A stretch of 62,197 bases of DNA, counting the filler, from Asterionella formosa (Eukaryota), in NCBI GenBank assembly GCA_002256025.1. It is 27 parts of 27 records of this genome, joined end to end, with 100 filler letters (N's around TTAATTAATTAA, not from the genome) between each part and the next. Parts side by side here need not be neighbours in the genome. Positions count along the whole stretch, not along the records: positions 48,478 to 50,681 come from NKIB01000232.1; positions 50,782 to 52,985 come from NKIB01000234.1; positions 53,086 to 55,288 come from NKIB01000235.1; positions 55,389 to 57,591 come from NKIB01000236.1; positions 57,692 to 59,894 come from NKIB01000237.1; positions 59,995 to 62,197 come from NKIB01000238.1; 21 more parts are not named here. One strand, given 5' to 3'. This document shows positions 49,262-61,762 of the stretch, piece by piece. Under the pieces are notes generated by a model. That model was given only the letters and a program-made list of their open reading frames with translations, was not told the origin of the DNA and did no database searches. Within the stretch, counting starts at the first letter, position 1, and each line of letters opens with the position of its first letter. A program made the translations under genes and the position numbers.

Positions 49262-51849
49262 TTATTATGTTATGAACGCTTCAATAGAATACCCTTAGTG
49301 GGATACCCATATGTACCAGGCAGGTAATAGACCTGTTATATTGTACATTATGTTACCTGGGGTAGCGCGGTACCAGTACCAGTAGTCTATTGTTCCATGA
49401 AGTCTAGCGCTTTTTTATATACCCAGTAAGTAAGAAATGATGGTGATGGGACGAAAGCCAAAGTATTATTTCCAATTCCAGCTGGAGCATCAGCATACCC
49501 CGTATTCTATCTGACCCATACTATATACTACCCGGTGGTATTTTAACTGTATGTACTGTAATCACCGCTAGACCTTCTCGTTCCACTACCTACTGCTGAA
49601 TACTTTATTTTATATGGAAAATATAACAATAAACATATATCACATGCACAGTATCGATTCCACAGCTATTTTTACGTGAACTCGAACATGAGGAAGGTCC
49701 GGTAATCAGCGCACATTGCGCGCAGGTTGCTCGTTTTCTGGTCATCGATTCACATGCAAGAAAAGGCAGGGGTATTCCCAAAAAAAATTTGAAAACCTAA
49801 ATCATCTCCTCTTCTGATTGTAACTGTTGTTCTTTCTGGAAATGGTACAATTCTAGCATCCTTAGAGGATGAAGACATCATTACTATATAAAGGGAGACA
49901 ATTGATCTAGTAAACATATAGTATTTTACCTTTTTTGAGGATGATTGTACACCTTTTCTGGGGGCAAGAGCCAGCCTTTTCAGGTATAAGCAAGCAAGTC
50001 TTGAAAATTTACAGGAAATAACATGTAGTCATCCATGAATAGACATATTTTTATATATTACACTATTATTTCTAACCACTAGCTATAATGGAATTTGTGT
50101 TGTGTGTAACAACATGCAACATGTTGTGCTTCAAATTAGATGCGACTAAAAGGGCGATTAATTTTGGGGGTAAAAAGAATTCTAACTTCTTCGTATTGTT
50201 TACAGCTAAATTAATTTCGTTTCGTCGCTGCAATCAAGAGAAAGAAAATGTGGTTGATCGAAAACAATTTCTTTCATTTGTCAGCAAATCTTGGCCTCAT
50301 TTTAAACTTAAGCTAATACATATACGGCGAGCTTAAGTCTGAAATGTGGCCAATATTGGCTGAAAGATGTAGAAGTTGAAAATCGCGAAGTAACAATAAT
50401 AATTTATTTCGGAGTTTTAGCGCTGGTATGTTTCGTCATAGAAACGTCATGTAGAAGTAGTTTCATCACGATGAAGCTAGACAAAACTACTCATATATAC
50501 AAAGGATTGTCACAATGATTAGCTTGATTCAAAAGACAATTACGCTACTGCTAGTAACTGGGGATGTTTTGCTCCTCTTTTCCACAGTGCTGACGACCTC
50601 GAATTACACTAACGTCGTGCCATGAGTGCTACCATTTTACAGAAATAAATCGAAAAGTTGTCTGTAGTTGAATGCAGCTAGNNNNNNNNNNNNNNNNNNN
50701 NNNNNNNNNNNNNNNNNNNNNNNNNTTAATTAATTAANNNNNNNNNNNNNNNNNNNNNNNNNNNNNNNNNNNNNNNNNNNNTGATACTGAAGAGATACAA
50801 TGTCAGCAGCAACAGCAACAAAACATGATGAATATGATGAACATGATTAACATTATATCGATCATTTCATCCATGTTGAACCATGGGGCACCAGAAAAAA
50901 CGCAAGCATTGAACCCATTCAGGCAATGATGAGCTCCTTGATAGCTTCAAATATGATATCAATGCAGCAACAAATGCAAAAACCAAATCAACTTCAACCC
51001 CTTATGACTCCAATGCCATCAACAGCACCAAGTACCAACAGTGCACCCCAACTTTTGTCTGGTACATTGGTAGAATTCCAATCACCAATTGATAAAAATT
51101 TAAGTAGTGATGATGAATAATTTTAAATAAATTTTGAATCAATCAAATCTAAGAATTAAAATTCATATCTATTATCACTTCTATGCAGATAGGGCATGCA
51201 AAAAGAAGCAATTTGATTCTAACCAACGCAATCATTTGCAGGATTAGCTTTCTTTTACCTTTCTCTTTATAACGAAATTTGTCTTTATCCTAGGAAAAAG
51301 ACCCCTGAAGACATCGCATTCCCCATTTGGACAATTGTCTGACTGAAGTTGCTTGACAGTTTATACCAAAATTTTGTCGAATATTTATCAATGATATTTT
51401 GATTGGATTTCAGCATTTCATTTTATTTCTTAGATGCAAATGCTGAATCCACAACTACCTGTATCCTCCCTGTAAACCATTTCAGTTTGATCAGATAAGT
51501 AATCTAAAATATCTCCAAAAAATAGATGCCAGAAAAAGTAGCATCCTCTCTGACCATGGAGGGCGATGTATATTTACAGCTACGCACAGCATCAAATGAG
51601 TCTGTTTCGGCGCCATAACGGGTACACAGTAAACAATATGCTACAAGAAGATGAAAGGAGCACAGCAGGAATTGACAAGAAACTCGTCATGACAGACCAA
51701 AATGGCCAGAGTCCACCCAACAGGATCTGCCAATTGAGACGAGCCTTTAATGAAGTATCAAATGAACTGCAGATTGCAGTGTAAAATTAGTCAAGACCTC
51801 TCCGTTTTTCAGTCTGGAATGAAAGTTATAGGGAATTTGCAGCTACTGT

Positions 51850-52500
51850 CGTATTGCAGCCTACAAATCAAGTCGTCAAGAGAATGTGACTTGCCAATTC
51901 CTTAATCATGATCCAGTTCAAAAAATCTTTTTGGAAAAGGCATTGTCACCCGCTTTTATTGTTTCCTTCTCAATTTTATGGCGACGATATAAGATGCCCC
52001 TACTATCACAATCATCAAACCTCACTATTGAAGCCCATTCATCCAATAACTATCTTTGGGGGATCAGAAGGAGGTAAAGTAGTATCAATCTTGTAGACAT
52101 GCATTGTCTTTGGAATTCTTTGCACTCAGCCACTAATCCGCCTTCAAGTGCTCAAAATGAACTTTCAACTTCTTCTTTAGCAGCCCTGGTAAGGAGGCAA
52201 TGTTCTGGTTATCATCTTATTTCAGCTTCTTCTTCAAATCATCGAGTTGAACTGTGAGCATCTCTGTCATCAGCACTACTAAGGAGGAAACAATCTGCTC
52301 ATCATTTAGTTTCAAGCCATTTGGTGCTCTTGGTGGTCTTTCCAAAAAATAGCAAGTACATATGTGTCAGATGGATGATGCAAAGTGATATATAAGTGTT
52401 ATGAATGCAATACTTGTCTCTGCTATAAAATACAAGAGAATGCAATACCAAAGAATAGAAGATATTCCATGAGATCAGGAGCATGACCAATATCAGGGAT
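51850..52500 (-). pseudogene. Degenerate paralogue of the CRN-like gene (intron plus downstream exon)
   Basis: cctgatattggt..tgatctcatggaata.cttcta intron start and NDEQ..SL..L...QLDDLKK..KVHFEHL..KTMHVYKID match 11564-11965. Contains stops. Confidence 0.7.
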
Positions 52501-53085
52501 TCCCCATTCAAATAATAACACAAGTATGGAATCCATCATCTATGTCAAGAGCATTATTAATGATGCATGCCAACCACAATGACCAATGTTATTGGATCTA
52601 CATTTTCTTACTTGAGTCAGCTGCCTCTCACCTTCAGACTCAATTTTATATCACGACATTGTCAAGTGGTATAATGACTATAGGTTTAGTCCCACCATGC
52701 CCAGCCAAGAAGTGTTGAGTGCTGCAAAATACTATAAAAGAAAGATGACTGGAAGGCATATTCCATTCCTAACCCAAAATATTGATAAACACAACTTTTT
52801 AAAATTGCCAGTAGTTTTTTTTGGCCATTGTAGAGTGTTGAGACACGGTATGCTGCTTATGCATAGTGCAACAACTGTGATTGAAACCTGGATTTCAGGA
52901 ATATTGACCTGGATTTCAGGGATAAAGCGTTGAGCAGAATCAGCAATTCTTTGATCAGGATTTAAATAAAGCAAATAGATCTTTTNNNNNNNNNNNNNNN
53001 NNNNNNNNNNNNNNNNNNNNNNNNNNNNNTTAATTAATTAANNNNNNNNNNNNNNNNNNNNNNNNNNNNNNNNNNNNNNNNNNNN

Positions 53086-54199
53086 TCCTATCAACACATG
53101 GTATTGCAGCTCGAAGATTGCATTGATGTTCTCAAAGTACTCTACCCTCAATTCGATTTCTTGTTTCTTTTTGATCACTCCTGTGGGCACGACCGTCAGA
53201 AAGAAGATGGCTTAAATGTGGAATGAATGACTAAGTCCTATGGAGGTGCCCAGAAACGGTTGAGGAAAATGGCAAACACCTGGTTACCTGGGACCTCACT
53301 TACCTTAGCTGAAAAAAACGCAATCAATGCAATCAATGTTATTCAGAATAGATGACACCGGACCATTCTGGATGACTGAAGCTGAACGAGATCAAAAGCG
53401 CCATGACTTGGTACTGGAAGGGCAAACAATCACAAGACAATACACAAAGGATGAGCTCCTTAAACAACTAAGGCAAAGAGGAATGTTAGCAAAGGGTAAG
53501 AAGCAAGCAATACAGTCTAAGGCGCAAGAACACAACTTACCAAGAATTGAAGAGACTAAAGCAAAAGTTGTCGAAGGATGGGAAAATAAACCAAACGGTC
53601 TGTTGCGGATACTTTGGGAGCGTGGATTTATTGACGAATTGAGATTGGAGAACTACATGTTGAATGGAAAGCACGATGCATTTGGATTTGTGCAGAAAGA
53701 TTTTTCTTTGAAGTCGCTGAAGGGAAACTGTCTTGATTTCGAGGAAGAGGAGACACTATTGCAGTCAATGGGAAAGGAAATGGGAGTACTTGTTGACCGA
53801 ACGCCGAAATGTCACTGTGAACTTGCAGGAGAGGGAATCGAGTATTCTTGGAGTTGCGCCAAGAAAATTTTTACCGTCGGGTTTCTCTGAAGAGGAAAAG
53901 GGTTAAGAGAATTCAGGTCTGTGGTGTGAGAGAGCATGTCAACAGAAAAAGTGTTAACAACAAAAAGGATAAGACATTTTTCAAGGCGAGCAAGACAATA
54001 TATATGTGCATACTTCAAGATTTGGAAAGATCTGGACGAACAACAACATGACAGGATGGACGCCGAAGTTAACACAACAACACATGAAGCGGACCCCATC
54101 AGTGTTGAGAAGCTTGTCAAACAATTCAAAACACACCGCTGTGCTCGCGATTTCGACACAACGTTCTGCAAGGCAACCTATGTCAACGATCTAACATAG
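53086..54199 (+). pseudogene. IS630/Tc1-related DDE transposase, 5' truncated, with stops and frameshifts
   Basis: FLFDHSCGH, GW..KPNGLLRILWERG, DFEEE, TPKCHCELAGEGIEYSW..AK, RRARQY..AY and KTHRC. Confidence 0.75.
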
Positions 54200-54582
54200 C
54201 AAACAACAGAGCAACGAAGCAAACAAGAAGCAAGCAGCAAAATCAACAAACATGAAGGACGACAACAGATCGATGTTACATACCTTTTGAGGGGAAATGA
54301 GCGGAGGGCAGTATACGGTATATATATATCAAAGAATTTGCATCAATTTTTGTATGTGTCACAATTTTTACTCTTAATTATTAGATGCAAAAGAAAAAGA
54401 AAATCTATACTGAGGCCTACGTATCCTACTATATTGATCTTCAGGTTGCAACCAGCCATTTACATACCGGTACATCTTTCTACCGTTCACCGGTACATAT
54501 TGACAGGATACGGTATTTATTTATTGACACATAGACCATCATATTCTATGCCAGGTACCTGGTACCGGTACCAGGTACCAGG

Positions 54583-54737
54583 TGAGCAATCCTGCACATC
54601 GATACAGATATATATAGAGTTGGGGTTATGTCAAATATATCGGAATTCAATAATGAGAGAACTCGACTAACACCCATTCTATACTTTGATGTCAGTTCAG
54701 GAAATGAGTTATACATAAGGATTAATTAATAAGCTCA
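54583..54737 (+). mobile_element. 5' LTR of the same Gypsy family (TGAGC...GCTCA; could extend to 54777)
   Basis: Homologous to 1-148 and 34479-34550; 5-bp inverted termini. Confidence 0.75.
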
Positions 54738-54816
54738 TATATTCAACAAATACTACTACTTCTAGTTAGATACTTCACTTTGAATTCAAAAAGAGTCGAA
54801 TTAGAAGACAACAAAC

Positions 54817-55288
54817 ATGGCAATGTATTCAAGGGTTCCTGTGATTCCTTTGATCAAAGACTACAATGTATTGACTATCAAAACTAAAACGTTCAGAGTT
54901 GCTTTAACCGGTGGAAGGTTTGAATCGTTTGATCAAGATATGATCGATGGAAGCTCAGTGGAAGCATTGTTAATTGGAGTTAGTCAATTTCGTGATATGG
55001 CTAACACATGTGACTTTAGCCCTGCAGATACCTTTTCCTATTTTAAAAGGTGTTTGACAGACATTGCCTTATCGGATTGGTTGAATGTGGAAGTACACCC
55101 AGAAGATCAATCTTACGATAGTTTCGAAGAAGCGATGGCTTTATGGTTAGACGATCGTTTGCCAAATGAGAGTTTTCAACATCAACGACAATGGATGCTA
55201 CGTTATTTATCTAAACCCTTTTCCATGTTGGTAATGGATTACGGAGCTCGTATTAAAACTTTAAACAGGCTACTTCAACTAATGCCTC
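54817..55288 (+). CDS. Probable Gypsy gag, 3' truncated
   Basis: The ORF starts just downstream of the LTR. FKRCL...ALSDW and WMLRYLSKPFSM.V..Y..RI.TLN.LL..MP are gag-like. Confidence 0.65.
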
Positions 55289-55985
55289 NNNNNNNNNNNN
55301 NNNNNNNNNNNNNNNNNNNNNNNNNNNNNNNNTTAATTAATTAANNNNNNNNNNNNNNNNNNNNNNNNNNNNNNNNNNNNNNNNNNNNGAGTAAGCAAGA
55401 ACCAAGCGAATTGATTGGTCTGAAGTCTTGGCATGATTCAATTCAAACTCTTGTTGCCACTCATCAGGCGTCGAACTATTCAAACGAAAACCGGTAGGAG
55501 AACTCAGTGGGTCACAGCAGTTCTTTACTGGTACCAAAGTTTTGGCCACGTATATTCATTTAAATGACCACGTAGGCTTCCATGCATTGTGTCAGTTGTG
55601 CTGACATATGCATGGCGAGAATAAAAAAAGCCTGTGCGCTTGTTCAAAGAAAGGATGTATTCGTAGGTGGTAGGGTACCTGGTTTGTACGTTTCATGTAG
55701 AAGATGTAGAAGAAGACATCATTAAACAAAAATGCTTGTACAGTATTGCCCCACCAGGTGTCGCAATTTTAATTCTCCGCGATCTACATACCACGTTCCA
55801 GGTATCATGTATACAGGTTGTACCAAGTAGTACCTGCCTGAACAACATGCCGGTATATAGAAACACGTGGGCCGACGACAAAAACCGCATTGCTTTTGCG
55901 GAAAGTGATTACCGGTACCGTGGAAAAATAAATTGCCAAGCATAGCATTTCATCTTTGTTTTGTCATTTCGAAGAAGCCACAGCC

Positions 55986-57591
55986 ATGATGTCCCTGGCC
56001 TCCCGTATGGTTGTTATTCTCTTCCTCCTCCCTTCATTCGTTGAAGGAGGCGCAGATCGACTGAGAGAGCTAATGAGTGATATGGAGCGCATGGTTCGCG
56101 AGCTAGGCGAAGCAATCAAAGAGGTTTACCTGGACAGAAACTGCACCGAAGCACTTGCTAGTTGCAAGGGGAGCAACATCGATTGGTACGACACGGCATT
56201 GCCGGATCCGACCTGCTACGACAACAAAGAATACAATGCAAACTGCACAGGGACCTGCAATGGGAAATATTTTGACTATACTGTGTCCAACGTGCTCTTG
56301 AATTCTGCAAAGCAGCAAATTTCTTCCGGGCAATGGTATCCACAAGTAAGTTCCCCGTTAATATCCACTTTTCTTCATTATTGCATTGAGTCAGTTCATG
56401 AATTAATATTACGTTTGCCTCGTCGGTCGGCATTGAATGTTTCAGATTATTGACAGTTTATGCTACACAAGGGCTCTCGACGAAACCTATTTCCGAAATC
56501 AACAAGACTATCTCCTAGGCTTCGAAGAGAATTATGGAATTGCGCCACCTCCAATGTATTTTGGATCTCAAGAAGGAATATTTCGAATCTATCCTGCCCG
56601 ACATATCGACCCGTCATGGGCTGCCCAGTATGACGTACGATTACGACGTTGGTATGTTGCGGCCACAGCCTCCAGTCCAAAGAACATTGTCCTGGTACTC
56701 GACACGTCAGATTCTTTAGGCACAAATTTAGGTATACTCCAAGAAACTGCAAAACAATTGATTCGAAATCTGACAGACAGTGATAAAATTGCTGTAATTC
56801 ACTTCAACAACATGTCGCACGTGATTGGTGACATAAACAATCCATTGAAACGGGCAAATGACGAAAACAAACTGAATCTCACCAATGAAATTGAAGGCCT
56901 TGTCACCAGCGGCTATAAGAACTTATATATCGCGCTTAACACTTCCTTTGACATTCTGGATCAATCCATTGCCACAAATGCTGAATGTCAACACGCCATT
57001 ATTGTTTTGACAGGTGGTGGCACCAAATTCACGGGTGATACATTTTCTGAAGACGATATCATTAACCTCGTCACTACCAGACTTAACGATACAAGTTACA
57101 AGATAGGAGGTAATTCTTCCATTCCATTTTTCATCTACAGTATCGGTGGTGACAATAAAGAGACCGACGAGTTCTACAAGAAGCTTGCCTGTCAACAAAT
57201 AGCTGGGTTCTGGTCCAAGATTAAGAATGAGAATATGATCACTTTCAGATTGTCAGCTTACCGTCAACTTTTTGCCTCCTATAGTTTTTCTGATGCCAAT
57301 GGACAGTCTGATGTAGGTTGGAGTGATGCATACACCCTATCTTTCGGTGGAGTCTTGGGAAGCTCAGTGTTTACTCCTGTATTTGATAATTCCACCAGCC
57401 CCCCTCGCCTTTTGGGAGTGGCTGGCATGAGCCTTTCTGTGAAAGCTATGAAGATCGTGTTGAAAGATGAAGCAGACGAAGGAAGAAACAGTTGGAATGA
57501 AATTCTTTCCACAAGGCAGGAAGATGCTCGACAGTCCTGCAAAAATCTCATGTTCAATCGCTCTCAATTTGAAACGTTTCGGAGTTTTGTC
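55986..57591 (+). CDS. Secreted or membrane vWA plus Cache protein (alpha2-delta/CACHD1-like); intron 56346-56445; 3' truncated
   Basis: Signal peptide; YFGSQEGIFRIYP, YDVRLRRWYVAA..PKNIVLVLDTSDS, WSDAY and LLGVAG. Confidence 0.85.
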
Positions 57592-57751
57592 NNNNNNNNN
57601 NNNNNNNNNNNNNNNNNNNNNNNNNNNNNNNNNNNTTAATTAATTAANNNNNNNNNNNNNNNNNNNNNNNNNNNNNNNNNNNNNNNNNNNNGAGACAAGA
57701 TCTGAGGGTACCAGACCATCCAGAGTCTGAAGAAGTCGCACAAGGCGCATC

Positions 57752-59894
57752 ATGAGTGGCAAAGGAAAGTTTACCAAGAAGGCTCAAGCCAAGGGCAAGT
57801 TTCAAGCCAAGGGAGGGAGCAATATTGCTTCTCACTCCATCAAGAAGTCAGTCAATGACTATAACTACTACCTCGGATCATCGAAGCAGGCATCTGACTA
57901 TGAGACTACTACTGAGTACCTCATCAATCATATCAAGAAAGTGTTTGATTATGGCAGCGACATTGGAAGCGCACTCAAGTCATTAGAACCAATCAACACA
58001 GTGGCATGGAAGCCAAGAATGCAAGTGAGCATTGCAACAACAGAAGAAGATCGCGCTGCAGAGAATCGACAATATGAGATTGAGTTCAAGGCTGACTATG
58101 ACACCTACAGTAAAAGGGTACAGGCCTACGAAAATAATAATACCAAGGCATATGCGTTGCTCTGGGAAAGATGCAACAAAGCCATGAAGAACAAGATTGA
58201 AGCGAGATCCGATTTCAATAGGATCGAAAATAACCCAATAACATTGCTTATGGCAATTAAAGAACTCGCATTAAATTTTCAGGAGAATCGATATTCAATG
58301 TCGATCATTTTAGATGCGATGAGAACGCTTTTGGTCATGAAGCAAAAGGAAGGAGAAAGTCTACAAGACTACACCAAGAGATTTCGTGTGGCACGAGATG
58401 TGCTCAAGTCACACATGGGAGGACCCATTATCCTCACCAAGTTCGTTGAAGCCATGGATGGATACAATGAGAATGACATCAAACAACGAGATAAATTTCG
58501 CGAACAAGCTTTCAGTCAATTTATGGCATATTTATATCTCGATAATGCCAATAAAGCTAAATACGGTTCAATTATGACCGGGCTGAACACTCAACAATCA
58601 CTCGGCAACGATCAATACCCAAAGACCATCACCAAATCAAATAATGTTCTCAGCAACCATCGGTTTGACGTAACAAATAAATCCGTCTACAAGAAACCAG
58701 GAGATAATGATAAAGAGAGGAAACAGAAGGATGCAGGCAGGGAAGACGAAAATGTGAACTTATCGTTCGCACAGTTAGAAGGAAAATGTTACTGCTGCGG
58801 AAAAGCAGGTCACAAATCCCCTTTGTGTCGAGACAAGAATAAACCCAAAGAGGAATGGGCTATCAACAAGGCTCAAAGCCATGCACAGGCACAGGCTACT
58901 AATACATCTGACACGAGTACAGTTACCTCTGTTAATTCCAACAACCCGCCGTCATCACAAGCTTCACAACAAGCAAATGCCAATCAATTTGGATGGACAG
59001 GAGCTCATATGAAACTACAATTTTACCAAGCATCTGAGATGCGTGACTGGATACTATTGGATAATCAATCAAGTGTCACAGTCTTTTGCAATCCAAAAAT
59101 GGTTAATAACATTCGAATGTCAACCAACGGAAGCATGCACCTGGCCACAAATGGTGGATCCATGGTAACTAATATGAAGGCTGATCTTCCAGAATGGGGA
59201 GAAGTATGGTTTAATGAAAAGGCAATCACAAACATCTTCAGTTATGCCGAAATGGCAGATAGGTACAGAATTACCTATGACTCTGAGAAAGAAGATGCAT
59301 TCATTGTGAAATCAATGATTGATGATTTTCCAGTGAAACTTGAAGGTATTGGAAAATTTCCATGGACAGATAAATTGTTCACAGTTGATAAGAAATCAAA
59401 GAAGCTTGAATGTGAAAAAGCAAAAATATTTCATACTTTTGTTATGAAAGGAATGTTCCTATGTAAGCGAGGAAGACAGGACATTCAACCGGGAATTGCA
59501 TTTCTGGCAACCCGAACTATCGAACCGAATGAAGGTGATTGGGTAAAATTAGTCAAGATCATGAATTTCTTGAAAGCAACTCAGAACGAGGTTGCATCTA
59601 TGAGTGCTGATGACACTCAGAGCATTAAATGGTACGTTGATCTGGCGTTTGCAGTGCACGAAGATTTTAAAAGTCACACAGGAGCTACAATGTCACTTGG
59701 AAACGGAATTATCTGTTCTATGTCTACAAAACAGAAAGTGAACACTAGAAGCTCGACTGAAGCTGAGTTGGTTGGTGTCGATGACATCATATCAAAGGTG
59801 TTGTGGACGAAATTATTTATTGAAGCACAAGGACACAAGGTGACTACGAATGTCATTTACCGTGACAACACTAGCGCAATGAAGCTAGAAGCAA
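57752..59894 (+). mobile_element. Copia (CoDi-like) ORF: gag, zinc knuckle and protease fused in frame to the RT C-terminus and RNase H
   Basis: CYCCGKAGHKSPLC and WILLDNQS, then directly RGRQDIQPGIAFL, WYVD.AFAVH.D.KSHTG, KQKVNTRSSTEAELVG and YRDN. Integrase and RT core are absent. Confidence 0.9.
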
Positions 59895-60166
59895 NNNNNN
59901 NNNNNNNNNNNNNNNNNNNNNNNNNNNNNNNNNNNNNNTTAATTAATTAANNNNNNNNNNNNNNNNNNNNNNNNNNNNNNNNNNNNNNNNNNNNGAAGTT
60001 GAATGGTGATAGGGTTGGTGGTAGGTCGTTTGTTGATGACAGGTAAATCAACAGTGGCGTAATTGCCAGAACTACCAGAATCAGCAATGAGTGTGACGGG
60101 GGGACAAGTGATGGGAGATAAGTTTGTGTTAATAGTATTATCAACAGCAACTTGCTCCCCTCCACA

Positions 60167-61256
60167 TCAAGCAAGTGGTGAAGGTGGCGGTGAAACACGG
60201 GGTGGCCGGGTAGGATGGGGACCATCACTGAAAAGACGGATGCTGCCACCCAGACGTTGATCAAAGGTGGCATTGAGTTGATGGCCAGAAGCTGGATGAT
60301 TGCAAGTTGCACTGGTATGGTCAGGGTTTTTGGTAAGACCATGAGTCCAACAATAGCCTAATTGGACATTGTTGTAAGTGTATCCAGAAGGGACAGCACG
60401 AGCAGCGGCAGCAATAGCTGGCAATGGGGGAGGGCCACTGGTTTGAATGGCAGCATGGGCACCATGATAACCGGCAGTGGTGGCGGTGGCAAGGCGCAAT
60501 CGTTCCTTATCAGCATGCATGAAATGCGGGCAAAAATTAACCCATGTACGGTCCAGCTCAGCGCGATCACGCCAAGTTTGAATGCTATGAGAATATACAC
60601 CAGCCTGTTCCAAAGCAGAAAGAGTCAATCGCATGACAGTACTGTCCGAGAAAGTTCCCCACCAGAATTGGCAATGGCACGAAGATGTTTGATGCGGATC
60701 CATAAATGCTCAATAGGTTCCTCTGGTGTCCAAGCATCGGCCAACAAGCGCATGCGATTGAGTTCTAAATCATCCGCACTCAATGTTGCATATGTAGATT
60801 CTAAGTGAGCAACCAAGGTCAGAACAGTGATGTCTGCATATCCAAATGTATAATCTTCCAGAACGTTGTAGTAAGTTGGGTCAATGGCTGTTAGAATTTG
60901 TTGTCGGAGAATTTCACGGATTTGGGAGTAACGGCGGAATGTGTCAAGGGAGGTGTCAAAGAGACGGTTGGCAGCAGTGATTTGGGACTGTGTTGCAGTA
61001 GCACTGTGTGGCGGCTGGATGCCGGGATGTTCGGGCGGTACAAAGGGTTCACCGGCACGTAAAAGATAAGGAGCAGCAGCCATGACAATACCAAGGAAAC
61101 CATTGGCATCACCACCACTGGTACAGTGGACAGAGCAAGCGTTGGCAAAGAGTTCCTTGCGAAGGCGGGTTACAGTGAAGGCTGTAGGTTTGCCCTCGAT
61201 CGGCGTCAAGAGCGGATGAGGGAATGGAAAACAGCGGAAACGATTGGAGTCGTCAT
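60167..61256 (-). pseudogene. Diatom Copia-type gag, frameshifted
   Basis: LTPIEGKP...KELFANA.SV...GG..GFLGIVM; W.PEEPIE.LW; YCWTHG...HTSATC....GH...AT....GGS. Confidence 0.8.
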
Positions 61257-61392
61257 GGTGGAAGAAGGCCTGAGAGACAGGGACAGCAAACGGGCAAGCA
61301 GTGCTGGACGGTTGATTGTTGAGACCAGTTTTGTCGAGTTTTGGGACGACGATAGCTAAACGTTGGCTGGGTCTGACGGCGATTTAGATACA

Positions 61393-61762
61393 TAGGTAAC
61401 TTTCAAATAGCATCAGTATATAACTTCTGGCGAGAAACTGCAGAAAGGAACTTCGGTTTTTATACTATGCCAAATAAACAGATTTTCCCCGAAATTTCGA
61501 GTCTTTTTAGCGTAGTTAAAAAACCGAAGTTCCTTTCTGCAGTTTCTGACCAGATCCTATATACTGACGATATATAGCGTGAACCTACACCCCTACTTTG
61601 TCCGAAGACTGTATTTAAGCATATGGAAAGGGTGTGTATTGGTGAAAGCTCCGTTGAGCGTTATACATATTTAATTTGAATGTGAAAAGTATGTGTTTGA
61701 TTAGTCTGACTGAATATTTTTTTTAAACCCTACCTCGAGCTAGGGGTTCAAATGCAGCAACC
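61393..61762. mobile_element. Probable non-autonomous DNA element with an internal foldback (perfect 29-bp IR at 61433-61461 / 61519-61547), ending at TTAA (61763-61766)
   Basis: The IR is seen directly. The end interrupts the Copia integrase, and a homologue lies at 42605-42800. Confidence 0.6.

Larger units (their letters stand above)
2215..59994. other. 26 artificial 100-bp contig linkers (N44-TTAATTAATTAA-N44); first at 2215-2314, last at 59895-59994
   Basis: The identical spacer, with stops in all six frames, recurs every ~2.3 kb. Contig lengths are 2203-2214 bp and roughly length-sorted. Confidence 0.99.

Noticed and set aside
54817..55549. gag continuing across the linker into 55389-55470
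   Set aside because: Different contig and opposite strand; at most a separate gag-like scrap.
2215..59994. Regularly spaced TTAATTAATTAA palindromes resembling a CRISPR-like or periodic array
   Set aside because: They are artificial linkers flanked by N runs. ORFs containing X runs, or ending LIN/N, are artefacts.
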